This document shows positions 19,018-28,836 of a DNA stretch of 64,000 bases, one piece after another. This DNA comes from Minisyncoccota bacterium (GTDB lineage: Bacteria; Patescibacteriota; Minisyncoccia; Phycocordibacterales; DATDWN01), in the NCBI GenBank assembly GCA_041674105.1, contig JBAYWK010000002.1:79411-143410 (forward strand). The letters are read 5' to 3'. Each line of letters begins with the position of its first letter. The stretch's first letter is position 1. Below the pieces are notes generated by a model, which saw only the letters and a list, made by a program, of their open reading frames with translations, had not been told where the DNA came from and did not search any database. The position numbers and the translations under genes are program-made.

Positions 19018-19899
19018 CTACTCGTCTTTTAAATTATATACAGAATCATCATTATTACTAGATTTCAGTTTATAAAACAATTTATTTCCATATCTTAAAT
19101 CTATATAATCCAAATTTGAAAAATCCGTTGTACTAGCAAAAGTAGATGATTTCAATAATGCTTCTAAATTGAATGCAACCGAATCTAAAGTAATTTGTGT
19201 GTTAAATAATATTTTTCCTCCGGCAAGTAAAACAATATCATATTCTCCTTCATTTGTAGCCAGCATATAATAAGGATTTAATCCTAATTTTTCTATATGT
19301 TTTATAAACAGACCTAGGGATAAAAACCACTGTTCATCTTGAATATATTTTTTACCAATAGGGTCCTCTGAATCAATAAGGCCATAATATTTAAAATATG
19401 CATCACCGGAAAATCTTGGGGCTTTTGAATAGATTATTCCGGACTTATCCATAAAATAACAATCTTCTGGTTGAACCCCCTCTTCAGAAGTTTCTATTCT
19501 TGTACACCACAGAGCGTAAGGCAATCTTTCTTGTATGTTTACAAGTAAAGAATTCCCGTCGCCAAGTCTAATAGAGACCTGATCTATTCTGGAAAAATTC
19601 TCTTCTAAATAAGTATGAAGGTCCTTTTTTTTATATATGAAAATATTATTTTTAGGAAAAACCCAAAGATAATAACCATCCAAAAAATCCAAAGACTTCT
19701 TTGAAACATCAAATGGCTCTATCAAGGTTGTTCCAGTTACAACCACATCATGAATCCGAAACTTATCTAGACGAGAAATATAGACAACTAAACCAGCTAA
19801 AATAAAAGAAGTAAATAGTATAAGATATAAAATCCTCAAGTATCTTGATCTTCTCCTTTTAAGATACTCCCCTTGGCGAACCGGGCTTCTAAATGACAT
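19018..19899 (-). CDS. ftsQ: cell division protein FtsQ/DivIB-like (POTRA domain)
   Basis: cytoplasmic basic N-terminus, one TM, then FRIHDVVVTGTTLIEPFDV...LVNIQERLPYALW matching FtsQ POTRA pattern. Confidence 0.55.
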   Translation of the reverse strand: MSFRSPVRQGEYLKRRRSRYLRILYLILFTSFILAGLVVYISRLDKFRIHDVVVTGTTLIEPFDVSKKSLDFLDGYYLWVFPKNNIFIYKKKDLHTYLEENFSRIDQVSIRLGDGNSLLVNIQERLPYALWCTRIETSEEGVQPEDCYFMDKSGIIYSKAPRFSGDAYFKYYGLIDSEDPIGKKYIQDEQWFLSLGLFIKHIEKLGLNPYYMLATNEGEYDIVLLAGGKILFNTQITLDSVAFNLEALLKSSTFASTTDFSNLDYIDLRYGNKLFYKLKSSNNDDSVYNLKDE

Positions 19900-19902
19900 A
19901 GT

Positions 19903-21174
19903 TTATGATTTATTTATGGAAGACTGACCTCCCATATAAGGACGCAAAACTTCGGGTATAATGATACTACCATCAGCTTGCTGATAATTTTCTATTATAG
20001 CTATCATTGGCCTACCAGATAATGCGGTATTGTTTAAAGAATGGACAAATTTCATTTTTCCATCATCATCTCTATATCTAATATTTAGACGACGAGTTTG
20101 AAAATCATGAAAATATGAAGCGGAATGAGTTTCTCTGTACTTATTTTCACTAGGTATAAAAGCCTCTATATCATATTTCTTGACTTGTCCTAAACCTAAA
20201 TCCCCTCCACAATTTACCACAACATGATAAGGCAGACCGAGTGACTGCATTATTTCTTCAGCATTTTTTGTAATTTCTTCATGTAATTCGACAGAAATAG
20301 AGTGACTAGCTTCACACAAAACGACTTGTTCAAATTTGTAAAACTCATGGACTCTCATAAGACCTTTTGTATCTTTACCATGACTACCGGCTTCCCTACG
20401 AAAAGCTGGAGAAAATGACAACATTTTTATTGGTAAATCTTTTTTATCTAAAACTTCATCCATATAAAAACCCATAGTAGCCACTTCGGCTGTACCGGAA
20501 AGATAATCACCATCTTGAGTCTTGTATAAATCTTCTTCACTTTGAGGCAAATAACCGGTACCCATAAAAGGTTCTCTCCTAACTAGAGAAGGCACAATCA
20601 TTGGAACGAAACCTCCCTTCTTCTGGAAAAAATCATTGGCGTATTGCCACAAAGCAAACTGAAGTCTTGCCCCGTCACCCAAAAGAAAATATCCACGAAA
20701 ACCAGAAACTTTTGTTCCTCTTTCCAGATCCAACATCTTCAAGTCCGTCATAAGTTCAATGTGATTTTTTGGTTCAAAATCAAATTTCGGAATCTCTCCC
20801 CAAACTCTTATTTCTTTATTTTGAGAATCATCATCACCTTCTGGTACGGACATATCCGGCACATTTGGGACACTGACCATCATCTTTTGCCAATCAAGCA
20901 TTACAGATTTTAATTCTTCTTCATCTTTTTGAAGTTCGTTTTTTACTAATTTCATTTCAGAGATAAGACTAGACTTCATATTTGGATCCTCTGTTTTGAC
21001 AATCTTATCACTCATAGCATTTTGCTCGGCCCTCCTTTCTTCTATACGACTCATAAGTTCTTTTCTTTTGTCATCTACAGAAATCAGAGCATCTACATCA
21101 AAATCCATATGTTTTTTCTTGGCCCCTAAAGCGACAATGTCTTTATTTTCCTTTATAAATTTTATATCCAACAT
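19903..21174 (-). CDS. serS: seryl-tRNA synthetase
   Basis: N-terminal coiled-coil arm plus class II core; full-length co-linearity with SerS (423 aa). Confidence 0.9.
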   Translation of the reverse strand: MLDIKFIKENKDIVALGAKKKHMDFDVDALISVDDKRKELMSRIEERRAEQNAMSDKIVKTEDPNMKSSLISEMKLVKNELQKDEEELKSVMLDWQKMMVSVPNVPDMSVPEGDDDSQNKEIRVWGEIPKFDFEPKNHIELMTDLKMLDLERGTKVSGFRGYFLLGDGARLQFALWQYANDFFQKKGGFVPMIVPSLVRREPFMGTGYLPQSEEDLYKTQDGDYLSGTAEVATMGFYMDEVLDKKDLPIKMLSFSPAFRREAGSHGKDTKGLMRVHEFYKFEQVVLCEASHSISVELHEEITKNAEEIMQSLGLPYHVVVNCGGDLGLGQVKKYDIEAFIPSENKYRETHSASYFHDFQTRRLNIRYRDDDGKMKFVHSLNNTALSGRPMIAIIENYQQADGSIIIPEVLRPYMGGQSSINKS

Positions 21175-21289
21175 ATTATGTATAGTCTAACATAAAGACA
21201 CAATAAAAAGAAAAAGTCTTCTGCCCAATACTTACAATAAATATCTGCCCATTTTTGATATAATAATTACTAATCCCTATATAAAAAAT

Positions 21290-22144
21290 ATGGAAATTAG
21301 AGATTTAAATAAAAAAGACTTTCCAAAACTCTTAAAAGAAATTCCTGATCCTCCAAAAAAGATGAGAATCGTTGGAGACTTTCCAAAGACAGAAAAATAT
21401 CTCTGTATTGTTGGTTCAAGAAAATACAGCGAGTATGGAAAATCTGTTTGTGAAAAACTCATAGAAGGTTTGAGGGGATATCCTATCACCATAGTTTCTG
21501 GCTTGGCTATAGGAGTAGACTCTATAGCTCACACATCTGCTATAAAAAATAATATAAAAACAATCGCTGTACCAGGATCTGGTCTTTCAGAAAATGTTTT
21601 GTACCCTTCTACAAATAAATATTTAGCTCACAAGATTGTAGACGAAGGGGGCGCACTTATTTCAGAATTTGAAGATGATTTTATTGCAACCCCTTGGAGC
21701 TTCCCACAGAGAAACAGAATAATGGCTGGAATGTCTCACGCCACCTTAATAATAGAAGCAGAATTAAAATCTGGAACGCTTATAACTTCAAAATATGCCA
21801 TAGATTACAACAGAGATGTTTTCACTATCCCCCATTCTATCTTTTCTAAAACTTCTGAGGGACCGCATATGTTACTTAGACTCGGAGCCACACCAATAAC
21901 AAGATCCTCTGATATAATAACTGCACTAGGATTGCGTGAACTAGAAAAAATTTATAGTGAAAAAGATTATTCAAAATGTTCAACTGATGAAAAAGAACTA
22001 ATAGATGTAATAAGAGAGCCAATGACTCGCGATGAAATAATAAGAGCTCTTGGAAAACCTGTTTATATAACTCAGACTATACTAGCAACAATGGAAATAA
22101 AAGGTCTAATAAAAGAAGAAATGGGACAGATACGTTTAGTCTAA
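21290..22144 (+). CDS. dprA: DNA processing protein DprA (Smf)
   Basis: CIVGSRKYSEYGKSVCEKL...VSGLAIGVDSIAHTSA Rossmann-like DprA core, C-terminal wHTH. Confidence 0.8.
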   Translation: MEIRDLNKKDFPKLLKEIPDPPKKMRIVGDFPKTEKYLCIVGSRKYSEYGKSVCEKLIEGLRGYPITIVSGLAIGVDSIAHTSAIKNNIKTIAVPGSGLSENVLYPSTNKYLAHKIVDEGGALISEFEDDFIATPWSFPQRNRIMAGMSHATLIIEAELKSGTLITSKYAIDYNRDVFTIPHSIFSKTSEGPHMLLRLGATPITRSSDIITALGLRELEKIYSEKDYSKCSTDEKELIDVIREPMTRDEIIRALGKPVYITQTILATMEIKGLIKEEMGQIRLV

Positions 22145-22181
22145 ATTTGCCAAAAGATTTTTTTATGGTAATAATCAAGAA

Positions 22182-24374
22182 ATGAAACTTTTAATCGTCG
22201 AGTCGCCTTCAAAAGCAAAAACAATTTCAAAGTACTTAGATAATGCCTACAAAGTAGTTGCTTCTGTCGGGCATGTTCGTGATTTACCAAAGTCAAACAA
22301 GAAAGCTATCGACATAGAAGGAGGATTTATTCCTCACTATGAAATATCAAAAGGTAAAGAAAAAATTGTAGATGAGATAAGAAGTTTAGCTAAAAAATCA
22401 AGTGAAGTACTTTTGGCCACTGACCCCGACCGAGAAGGGGAAGCTATTGCTTGGCATATAGCCGAAGCGGCGGGCTTAAAAAAACCAAAGAGAGTTGTAT
22501 TCCACGAGATCACAAAAGAGGCTGTCGTAGAAGCAATAAAGCATCCGAGGAACATAGATATGAATCTAAAAGAAGCTCAGGAAGCTCGTCGTATATTGGA
22601 CAGACTTGTAGGGTATGACCTATCTGGACTTATTTGGAAGAAAGTTCGTTATGGCCTTTCTGCCGGTAGAGTTCAATCTCCTGCCCTCAGAATCATTATG
22701 GAAAGAGAAAGAGAAATAAGAAGTTTTATTTCTCACGCGTATTGGGTTGTGTCAGCTGATTTAGAAAATAAAAATAAAGACAATTTTACAGTTATTTGTG
22801 AAGAAGAACCGGCAGATAAAGAAACTGTAGATAAAATAATCAAAGCAGGTAAAGAAGGTGTCTGGAAAATTAAAGAGGTAAAAGAGACCTCTGTTAAAAA
22901 ATCTCCACGAGCTCCTTTTATAACTTCTACTCTACAACAAACAGCCAGCTCTAGACTAGGTTTTTCACCTTCCAGGACTATGGGAATAGCTCAAAAACTA
23001 TATGAAGCCGGACTCATAACATATATGAGAACAGATTCCACAAACCTATCGGTTACTGCCATAGAACAAGTAACAAAAACTATAGAAAAGAAATTTGGAA
23101 AAGAGATGATCCAAGTTAGAAAATATGCTACAAAAAGTAAAAATGCTCAAGAAGCTCACGAAGCTATTAGACCAACAAATATGTCTTTAGAAAATTCTGG
23201 TAGTAATGAAGAACAAAAAAAGTTGTACTCCCTTATTTGGCATAGGACAATCTCCTCTCAGATGGTAGATGCAAATACTTTGCGCACAAAAATAATAACT
23301 GAAATAGAGAACAAAAATGTTCCAAATTTTTCTATAACAGGATCTAGGGTAGTTTATCCAGGATGGCTTTTAGGAGACCCTGCTTCTAGAGGTGAAGATG
23401 TGGAATTACCAAAAGTAAAAGAAGGAGAAAATGTAAATCTAAAATCTATAAACTCAGAAGAAAAACAAACTGAACCTCCAACTAGATATTCAGAAGCTGG
23501 ACTGATTAAAGAATTAGAGAAAAGAGGTATAGGACGACCTTCTACTTATGCTTCAATCATAAAAACAATTGAAGATAGAGGTTATGTAGAAAAAATAAAC
23601 AAATCACTTATTCCAACAGATACAGGAGATGTGGTTTCTACATTTTTAGAAAGTTATTTTGGTGAATATATAAGTGACAACTTTACGGCTGAAATGGAAG
23701 ATAAGCTAGACAACATAGCGGACGGAAAAGAAAAACTTGTAAAAATGTTGACCAAGTTTTATAAACCATTTTTGAAAGATATAAAGAGTAAAGAAAAAAT
23801 AGATAAAATAACAAACTTAGGATTAGCACCTTCAGAATTTAAATGTCCTATTTGTGGAAGCTCTATGATTGTAAAACTTGGAAGAGGTGGAAAATTTTTA
23901 TCTTGTGCAACTTATCCAGAATGTGATGGAGCACTAACTATGGATGGTAAAGAAATTAAAAAAGCTGAACCTCTAGGAAACCATCCCGATACAGGAGAAC
24001 CTATTTTTGTGATGATTGGTAAATACGGTCCTTATGTTCAACTTGGCGAAATGAAAAAAGAAAAAGCCAAAAGAGGACAGAAGAAAATAAAACCAAAAAT
24101 GTCTAGTATTCCGAAAAATAAAGATTTAGATAGTGTAACACTAAAAGATGCTTTAGTTTATCTTTCACTACCTAGAGCTTTGGGTGCTCATCCTGACACA
24201 GGAGAAATTATTACTGCAAATGTCGGACGATTTGGACCTTATATCGTTCACCAAAAAGATTTCAGATCTCTAAAAGAAGATGATGTTTACACAATAGAAC
24301 TTCCACGCGCTCTTGAAATATTTGCTCAAGAGAAAAAGAAAAGAGGTTTTACTAAAAAGGAAAAACCTGAGTAA
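22182..24374 (+). CDS. topA: DNA topoisomerase I
   Basis: TOPRIM N-terminus MKLLIVESPSKAKTISKYL, active-site region, C-terminal Zn-ribbon CPICGS...C..YPECD. Confidence 0.9.
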   Translation: MKLLIVESPSKAKTISKYLDNAYKVVASVGHVRDLPKSNKKAIDIEGGFIPHYEISKGKEKIVDEIRSLAKKSSEVLLATDPDREGEAIAWHIAEAAGLKKPKRVVFHEITKEAVVEAIKHPRNIDMNLKEAQEARRILDRLVGYDLSGLIWKKVRYGLSAGRVQSPALRIIMEREREIRSFISHAYWVVSADLENKNKDNFTVICEEEPADKETVDKIIKAGKEGVWKIKEVKETSVKKSPRAPFITSTLQQTASSRLGFSPSRTMGIAQKLYEAGLITYMRTDSTNLSVTAIEQVTKTIEKKFGKEMIQVRKYATKSKNAQEAHEAIRPTNMSLENSGSNEEQKKLYSLIWHRTISSQMVDANTLRTKIITEIENKNVPNFSITGSRVVYPGWLLGDPASRGEDVELPKVKEGENVNLKSINSEEKQTEPPTRYSEAGLIKELEKRGIGRPSTYASIIKTIEDRGYVEKINKSLIPTDTGDVVSTFLESYFGEYISDNFTAEMEDKLDNIADGKEKLVKMLTKFYKPFLKDIKSKEKIDKITNLGLAPSEFKCPICGSSMIVKLGRGGKFLSCATYPECDGALTMDGKEIKKAEPLGNHPDTGEPIFVMIGKYGPYVQLGEMKKEKAKRGQKKIKPKMSSIPKNKDLDSVTLKDALVYLSLPRALGAHPDTGEIITANVGRFGPYIVHQKDFRSLKEDDVYTIELPRALEIFAQEKKKRGFTKKEKPE

Positions 24375-24377
24375 AAT

Positions 24378-24403
24378 AAAAAGTCTCTGACGGAGACTTT
24401 TTT
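24378..24403 (+). terminator. rho-independent terminator after topA
   Basis: AAAAGTCTC-TGACG-GAGACTTTTTT. Confidence 0.55.
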
Positions 24404-24514
24404 CAACTGATTTCAACTGAAAACTTGTCACCTTATATTATACCATATATCATACGATATAGTCAAATGAATAAAATATGTTGTATTGTGAGCTTTTTTG
24501 ACTACAATTAATAT

Positions 24515-26032
24515 ATGAATGATATAAAGTCTATATTTAAGGAATTGGATAATCTCTCAGAAAAAGATAAAGAGCTTATACAAAAAGCCTATGATTTTGC
24601 CGAGGAAGCCCACAAGAACCAAAAAAGAAACAGCAACGAACCGTACTTCAATCACCTCTTTGCTACCGCTCTAAACATAGCCCAACTAAAAATGTCTGCT
24701 ACAACAATATCAGCTGGTTTTTTACATGACGCCATAGAAGACACAGAGAAAACTGGCGAGGATCTAGAAAAAGAGTTTGGAGGTGAAATAAGATTTTTAG
24801 TCGAAGGAGTAACCAAACTTGGAAAAATAAAATACCAAGGAACATCCAGACACAATGAGAGTCTTAGAAAACTTTTTGTAGCTATGTCACAAGATATAAG
24901 AGTCTTGATAATCAAACTATGTGACAGACTTCACAACATACAAACATTAAACTTTGTACCCGAAGCAAAAAGACTTCGTATCGCTACTGAAACATTAGAA
25001 ATATATGCCCCAATCGCCTATAGACTGGGTATAAGAAAAGTTCATCGTGAGCTTGAAGACATAGCTTTTTCTTATGTCTATCCAAAAGAATATGCTGAGG
25101 TTTCCAAATTAGTAAAGCAAAAACAAGGTATAGAAATAGAAGCTCTAGAAAAATTCAGTAAGTCTTTGAAAAAAGAATTGGCAAAAGGAGGTATGACAGA
25201 TTTTAAAATGGACCACAGAATAAAAGGTTTATACAGTCTGTACAAAAAACTAGAAAGGTACGATATGGATATAGAAAAGGTTCATGACCTAGCCGCTATG
25301 AGAGTTTTGGTACCTTCTGTGACGGACTGCTACAGCGTTCTAGGTCTAATACATAGCAACTGGATGCCACTACCTGGAAAAATAAAAGACTACATTGCCT
25401 TTCCAAAACCAAATGGATACAAATCCTTGCACACAACAATATTTACAGGTGATGGAAGTATCGTAGAAATCCAAATAAAGACAAACGAAATGTACCAAGA
25501 AGCTGAATATGGTATTGCTTCTCATATTTCATATAAACAAGGTTTAAATAAGAAAATCACAAACCCAAATTTATTATGGCTTAGAAAAATACTACCGGCC
25601 CAAAAAAAGTGGGCAGGTGAAAAGGATGCGAAAGTAGATGATAAAGTATCATCTGATATTCCTCATTGGGTCAAAGACTTAGTAAAATACCAAGGTGAGG
25701 CTGGTGAAGAGGATTTTATTGACGATATAAAAACAGATTTCTTTGAAGAAAGAATTTTTGTTTTCACTCCCATAGGAGATGTTATTGATTTACCAAAAAA
25801 ATCATCCGTTGTAGATTTTGCATATAGCATTCATTCAGATATAGGAAACCACATCTCTGGAGCAAAAGTAAATGGAAAATTTGTAGCGATAAATACAATA
25901 CTAAACAATGGAGACAGAGTCCAAATAGAAACAAAAAAGACATCTAAGCCTAGCCGAAAATGGCTAGAGTATTGTAAAACTACAATGGCTAAAAGACATA
26001 TACGGATGTTTCTAGAAGAAAATATAAAATAA
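24515..26032 (+). CDS. (p)ppGpp synthetase/hydrolase, RelA/SpoT family (short, HD + synthetase + TGS)
   Basis: HD motif HDAIEDT, RelA_SpoT synthetase region (YKSLHTTI), C-terminal TGS-like segment. Confidence 0.85.
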   Translation: MNDIKSIFKELDNLSEKDKELIQKAYDFAEEAHKNQKRNSNEPYFNHLFATALNIAQLKMSATTISAGFLHDAIEDTEKTGEDLEKEFGGEIRFLVEGVTKLGKIKYQGTSRHNESLRKLFVAMSQDIRVLIIKLCDRLHNIQTLNFVPEAKRLRIATETLEIYAPIAYRLGIRKVHRELEDIAFSYVYPKEYAEVSKLVKQKQGIEIEALEKFSKSLKKELAKGGMTDFKMDHRIKGLYSLYKKLERYDMDIEKVHDLAAMRVLVPSVTDCYSVLGLIHSNWMPLPGKIKDYIAFPKPNGYKSLHTTIFTGDGSIVEIQIKTNEMYQEAEYGIASHISYKQGLNKKITNPNLLWLRKILPAQKKWAGEKDAKVDDKVSSDIPHWVKDLVKYQGEAGEEDFIDDIKTDFFEERIFVFTPIGDVIDLPKKSSVVDFAYSIHSDIGNHISGAKVNGKFVAINTILNNGDRVQIETKKTSKPSRKWLEYCKTTMAKRHIRMFLEENIK

Positions 26033-27088
26033 CTAAATACTAAAGTTTTTTATAGAATATAAATCTTCATCTGGATTAGAATCTTCTGCTTCTTTTTTCT
26101 GCTCTGGAGTTCGGTCGTCTAAGTCTAGAAAATCTTCTTCCCCATTCATTATTTTATCTAGATCAGGATTATGAACATATTCTGGAATATTGTAATTCTT
26201 TGGAGGTTCTGGATTTTCTTGTATGTGTTTATCTAACATCTCCGTAGGAGATTTAGTTTTATTTGCTTTTATCAATTCCAAAATATTTTTTAGATCTTCA
26301 TTAGAGAAAAAGTCTATGGTCAATTTTCCTCCATTTTCTTTCTTTTCAATAGAAACTCTCGTGCCTAGTGTTTCAGTCAGTCTCTCTTCTATTTCTTGAG
26401 TTTCAGGATCTAAAAGATATTCTTTCTTTCGAATTTTTTCATAAGCTATTTTACGAGCAATAGCTTCTGCTTCTCTAACGGTCAACCTCTTAAAAAGTAT
26501 TTCTTTAAAAAGAGTTGACTGCTCCTCGGGTCTATCATTTAGAGTCATCAAAGGTCTAGCATGACCCTCTGATATTTTGCCTTGAGATAAAGCGTCCAAT
26601 ATGTCAGACGGTAAAGAAAGAAGCCTTAATGTGTTTGAAACATATTCCCTACTCTTTCCTACTTTATCCCCTATTACACCGTGTTTAAAACCAAACTCTT
26701 CTACCAGTCTCTGAAAAGCCTTGGCTCTATCTACAGGATTTAGATCCTCTCTTTGTATATTTTCAATAATAGCCAACTCTAGTTTCATCAAATCATTTCC
26801 CTCGTCACCGACTTTTATCAAAACAGGCACCTGGGAAAGTCCAGCTAGTTTTGAAGCTCTCAGACGTCTCTCACCAGCTATTAGCTCATATTCTACAGCC
26901 AATCCGCCATCTTCTTTAGTAAATTCTTTTCTAGTCACAACCAAGGCCTGTAGAACACCGTATTGGCGTATAGAATCAGCCAAAGACTTCAGTTGAGCTT
27001 CGTCAAACTCCCTTCTAGGCTGAAAAGGGTTAGGTTTTATTTTTTCGACATCAATCCAAAATATAGAATCATTGTAAAACTGTGACAT
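26033..27088 (-). CDS. parB: ParB/Spo0J-family partition protein with acidic C-terminal extension
   Basis: ParB box GERRLRASKLAGL, HTH region, long D/E-rich tail. Confidence 0.8.
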   Translation of the reverse strand: MSQFYNDSIFWIDVEKIKPNPFQPRREFDEAQLKSLADSIRQYGVLQALVVTRKEFTKEDGGLAVEYELIAGERRLRASKLAGLSQVPVLIKVGDEGNDLMKLELAIIENIQREDLNPVDRAKAFQRLVEEFGFKHGVIGDKVGKSREYVSNTLRLLSLPSDILDALSQGKISEGHARPLMTLNDRPEEQSTLFKEILFKRLTVREAEAIARKIAYEKIRKKEYLLDPETQEIEERLTETLGTRVSIEKKENGGKLTIDFFSNEDLKNILELIKANKTKSPTEMLDKHIQENPEPPKNYNIPEYVHNPDLDKIMNGEEDFLDLDDRTPEQKKEAEDSNPDEDLYSIKNFSI

Positions 27089-27170
27089 AAAAATTAAATT
27101 ACTTTATTAAGAATAATTTTATCATAAAATTGATTTTTTTGAAAAATCAATATAGACTTAAAAAGTTCCT

Positions 27171-27252
27171 GCCGGGATGGCGGAATTGGTAGACGCGCAC
27201 GACTCAAAATCGTGTGTCGAAAGACATGGGAGTTCGATTCTCCCTCCCGGCA
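27171..27252 (+). tRNA. tRNA-Leu (anticodon CAA)
   Basis: GCCGGGA acceptor, long variable arm, anticodon loop CTCAAAA, T-arm GGGAGTTCGATTCTCCC. Confidence 0.85.
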
Positions 27253-27256
27253 CATT

Positions 27257-27406
27257 AAAACGAAGTTTTTATACGCTGGATAGGAGCAAGAGTGCCTGTG
27301 CACTCTTGCGAGAGAATCGAACTGACCGGAGCCATGTTTTGCTAGCAAGCAAAACGGGCGAGGTGAGGCCAACAGAAATTTCTGAGCGACGGTGAGGAAA
27401 TTATCT
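27257..27406 (+). repeat. tRNA-trailing structured mini-element (family A-like) downstream of tRNA-Leu(CAA)
   Basis: contains inverted T-arm copy GAGAATCGAACTGACCGG and hairpin AATTTC-TGAGCGACGGTGAG-GAAATT. Confidence 0.55.
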
Positions 27407-27434
27407 GGGTTTCGATTCTCCCTCCCGGCACATT
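27407..27434 (+). repeat. displaced direct copy of tRNA-Leu(CAA) 3' end
   Basis: TTCGATTCTCCCTCCCGGCACATT identical over 24 nt to 27233-27256. Confidence 0.85.
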
Positions 27435-27439
27435 GATCT

Positions 27440-28330
27440 ATGAACAAAATACTGGTAATCCTAGGGCCAACAGCTACAGGTAAATCTGATTTAGCTGTAA
27501 AAGTGGCTAAAAAATACAATGGAGAAATAATCTCTGCTGATTCTAGACAAGTCTACAAAGGACTTGATATTGGTAGTGGTAAAATAACAAAAAGAGAAAT
27601 GTCGGGTGTAAGACACCATATGCTAGATGTCATCTCACCTAAAAAAACCTATTCTGTTGTAGATTGGCAAAAAGAAACAAAAAAAGTAATCAAAGATATT
27701 TTAGAAAGAAAAAAACTACCTATAATATGTGGAGGAACAGGATTCTATGTTCAATCTATTGTCCAAAACTTTACATTGCCAGAAGTTAAAGTAGATAAAA
27801 AACTAAGAAAAGAATTGGTGAATGAAAATTTAGATAAATTACTAAAAATATTAAAAAAAATGGATCTCGAGAGATTTAAAAAAATAGATCAAAAAAATAA
27901 GGTCCGTGTTATAAGAGCTATAGAAATAGCGAAAGCTTTAGGAAAAGTACCCGAAATAAAAAAAGATAAAAACCCTTACGATATTTTCCAAATAGGACTT
28001 ATTCTCTCAAAAGAAGATTTGGAACAAAAAATAAAAGAAAGACTCCAAAAAAGAATTGAAAAGGGAATGATAAAAGAAGGAGAAAAACTTCACAAAGAAG
28101 GTTTGGCTTGGAAAAGAATGCGAGAGCTTGGTCTAGAATATAAATACTTGGCAAATTTTCTGATGGGGAAAATAGACAAAAATAAAATGATAAGCGACCT
28201 CGTAAAAGAAATAATCCAATATTCCAAACGACAAATGACTTGGTTTAAAAGAGATAAGAATATAAAATGGTTTAAACCTACGGACTTTAAAACTATAAAT
28301 AAAGAGATAAAGTCGTTTCTAAATAATTAA
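27440..28330 (+). CDS. miaA: tRNA dimethylallyltransferase
   Basis: P-loop GPTATGKSDLAV and MiaA-wide co-linearity. Confidence 0.85.
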   Translation: MNKILVILGPTATGKSDLAVKVAKKYNGEIISADSRQVYKGLDIGSGKITKREMSGVRHHMLDVISPKKTYSVVDWQKETKKVIKDILERKKLPIICGGTGFYVQSIVQNFTLPEVKVDKKLRKELVNENLDKLLKILKKMDLERFKKIDQKNKVRVIRAIEIAKALGKVPEIKKDKNPYDIFQIGLILSKEDLEQKIKERLQKRIEKGMIKEGEKLHKEGLAWKRMRELGLEYKYLANFLMGKIDKNKMISDLVKEIIQYSKRQMTWFKRDKNIKWFKPTDFKTINKEIKSFLNN

Positions 28331-28346
28331 ATATTGTGATATAGTT

Positions 28347-28427
28347 TTCTTGCTTGGGCCTATAGTTTCAATGGTAAAACGTCGGTCTCCAAAACCGTTG
28401 TTCCCCGTTCGAGTCGGGGTGGGCCCG
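28347..28427 (+). tRNA. tRNA-Trp (anticodon CCA)
   Basis: GGGCCTA acceptor, anticodon loop CTCCAAA, T-arm CCCCGTTCGAGTCGGGG. Confidence 0.8.
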
Positions 28428-28429
28428 CA

Positions 28430-28549
28430 TAAAGAGAATCTTTGTGGCCCGATGAGAACAGTTTGTCGGTCTACGAGCCTAGCAAGGCTTGTCGACAAAC
28501 TGGTGACCAGAAAAATCACTTGCGACGGCAAGTGATTTTTCGAGGGAGA
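28430..28549 (+). repeat. tRNA-trailing structured mini-element (family B) downstream of tRNA-Trp
   Basis: GAACAGTTTGTCGGTCTACGAGCCTAGCAAGGCTTGTCGACAAACTGG core plus hairpin AAAATCACTTG-CGACGG-CAAGTGATTTT; near-identical copy at 38951-39083. Confidence 0.7.
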
Positions 28550-28568
28550 GATTCGGGGTGGGCCCGCA
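28550..28568 (+). repeat. displaced direct copy of tRNA-Trp 3' end
   Basis: GATTCGGGGTGGGCCCGCA vs tRNA GAGTCGGGGTGGGCCCGCA. Confidence 0.8.
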
Positions 28569-28595
28569 ATAAAGCGAAGCTTTTTGCTCAAAAAT

Positions 28596-28616
28596 AAAAC
28601 CGCCTTTAGCGGTTTT
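28596..28616. terminator. bidirectional rho-independent terminator
   Basis: AAAACCGC-CTTTA-GCGGTTTT. Confidence 0.55.
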
Positions 28617-28619
28617 ATT

Positions 28620-28775
28620 CTATTTCTTAGCCTCCTTGAATACAACTCTCTTTTTCAGTTTTTTACTAAACTTTTTGAGTTCTATTTTTCTTTCTACTTT
28701 CTTTTTATTCTTAGAAGTCCAGTAAACCTCTCCTGTTTGCTTGTTTCTAAGTGGTATTAATCTATCTTGTGACAT
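28620..28775 (-). CDS. rpmG: 50S ribosomal protein L33 (unannotated small ORF)
   Basis: 51 aa MSQDRLIPLRNKQTGEVYWTSKNKKKVERKIELKKFSKKLKKRVVFKEAKK; Y.T.KNK....KLELKK[FY] pattern of bL33. Confidence 0.6.
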   Translation of the reverse strand: MSQDRLIPLRNKQTGEVYWTSKNKKKVERKIELKKFSKKLKKRVVFKEAKK

Positions 28776-28836
28776 ATTTTTATATACTTAAGTACAAACG
28801 ATCATAACACAAAAAGAGCTAAAAAAGCAAGCTTTT

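Noticed and set aside
27094-27519. 141-aa minus-strand ORF and 72-aa plus-strand ORF in the ORF track
   Set aside because: They run straight across tRNA-Leu(CAA) and its GC-rich trailing element; the GC-rich RNA sequence simply lacks stops.
28319-28645. 108-aa minus-strand ORF and 61-aa plus ORF
   Set aside because: Cover tRNA-Trp and the family-B element; the genuine small gene here is rpmG (28620-28775) in another frame.
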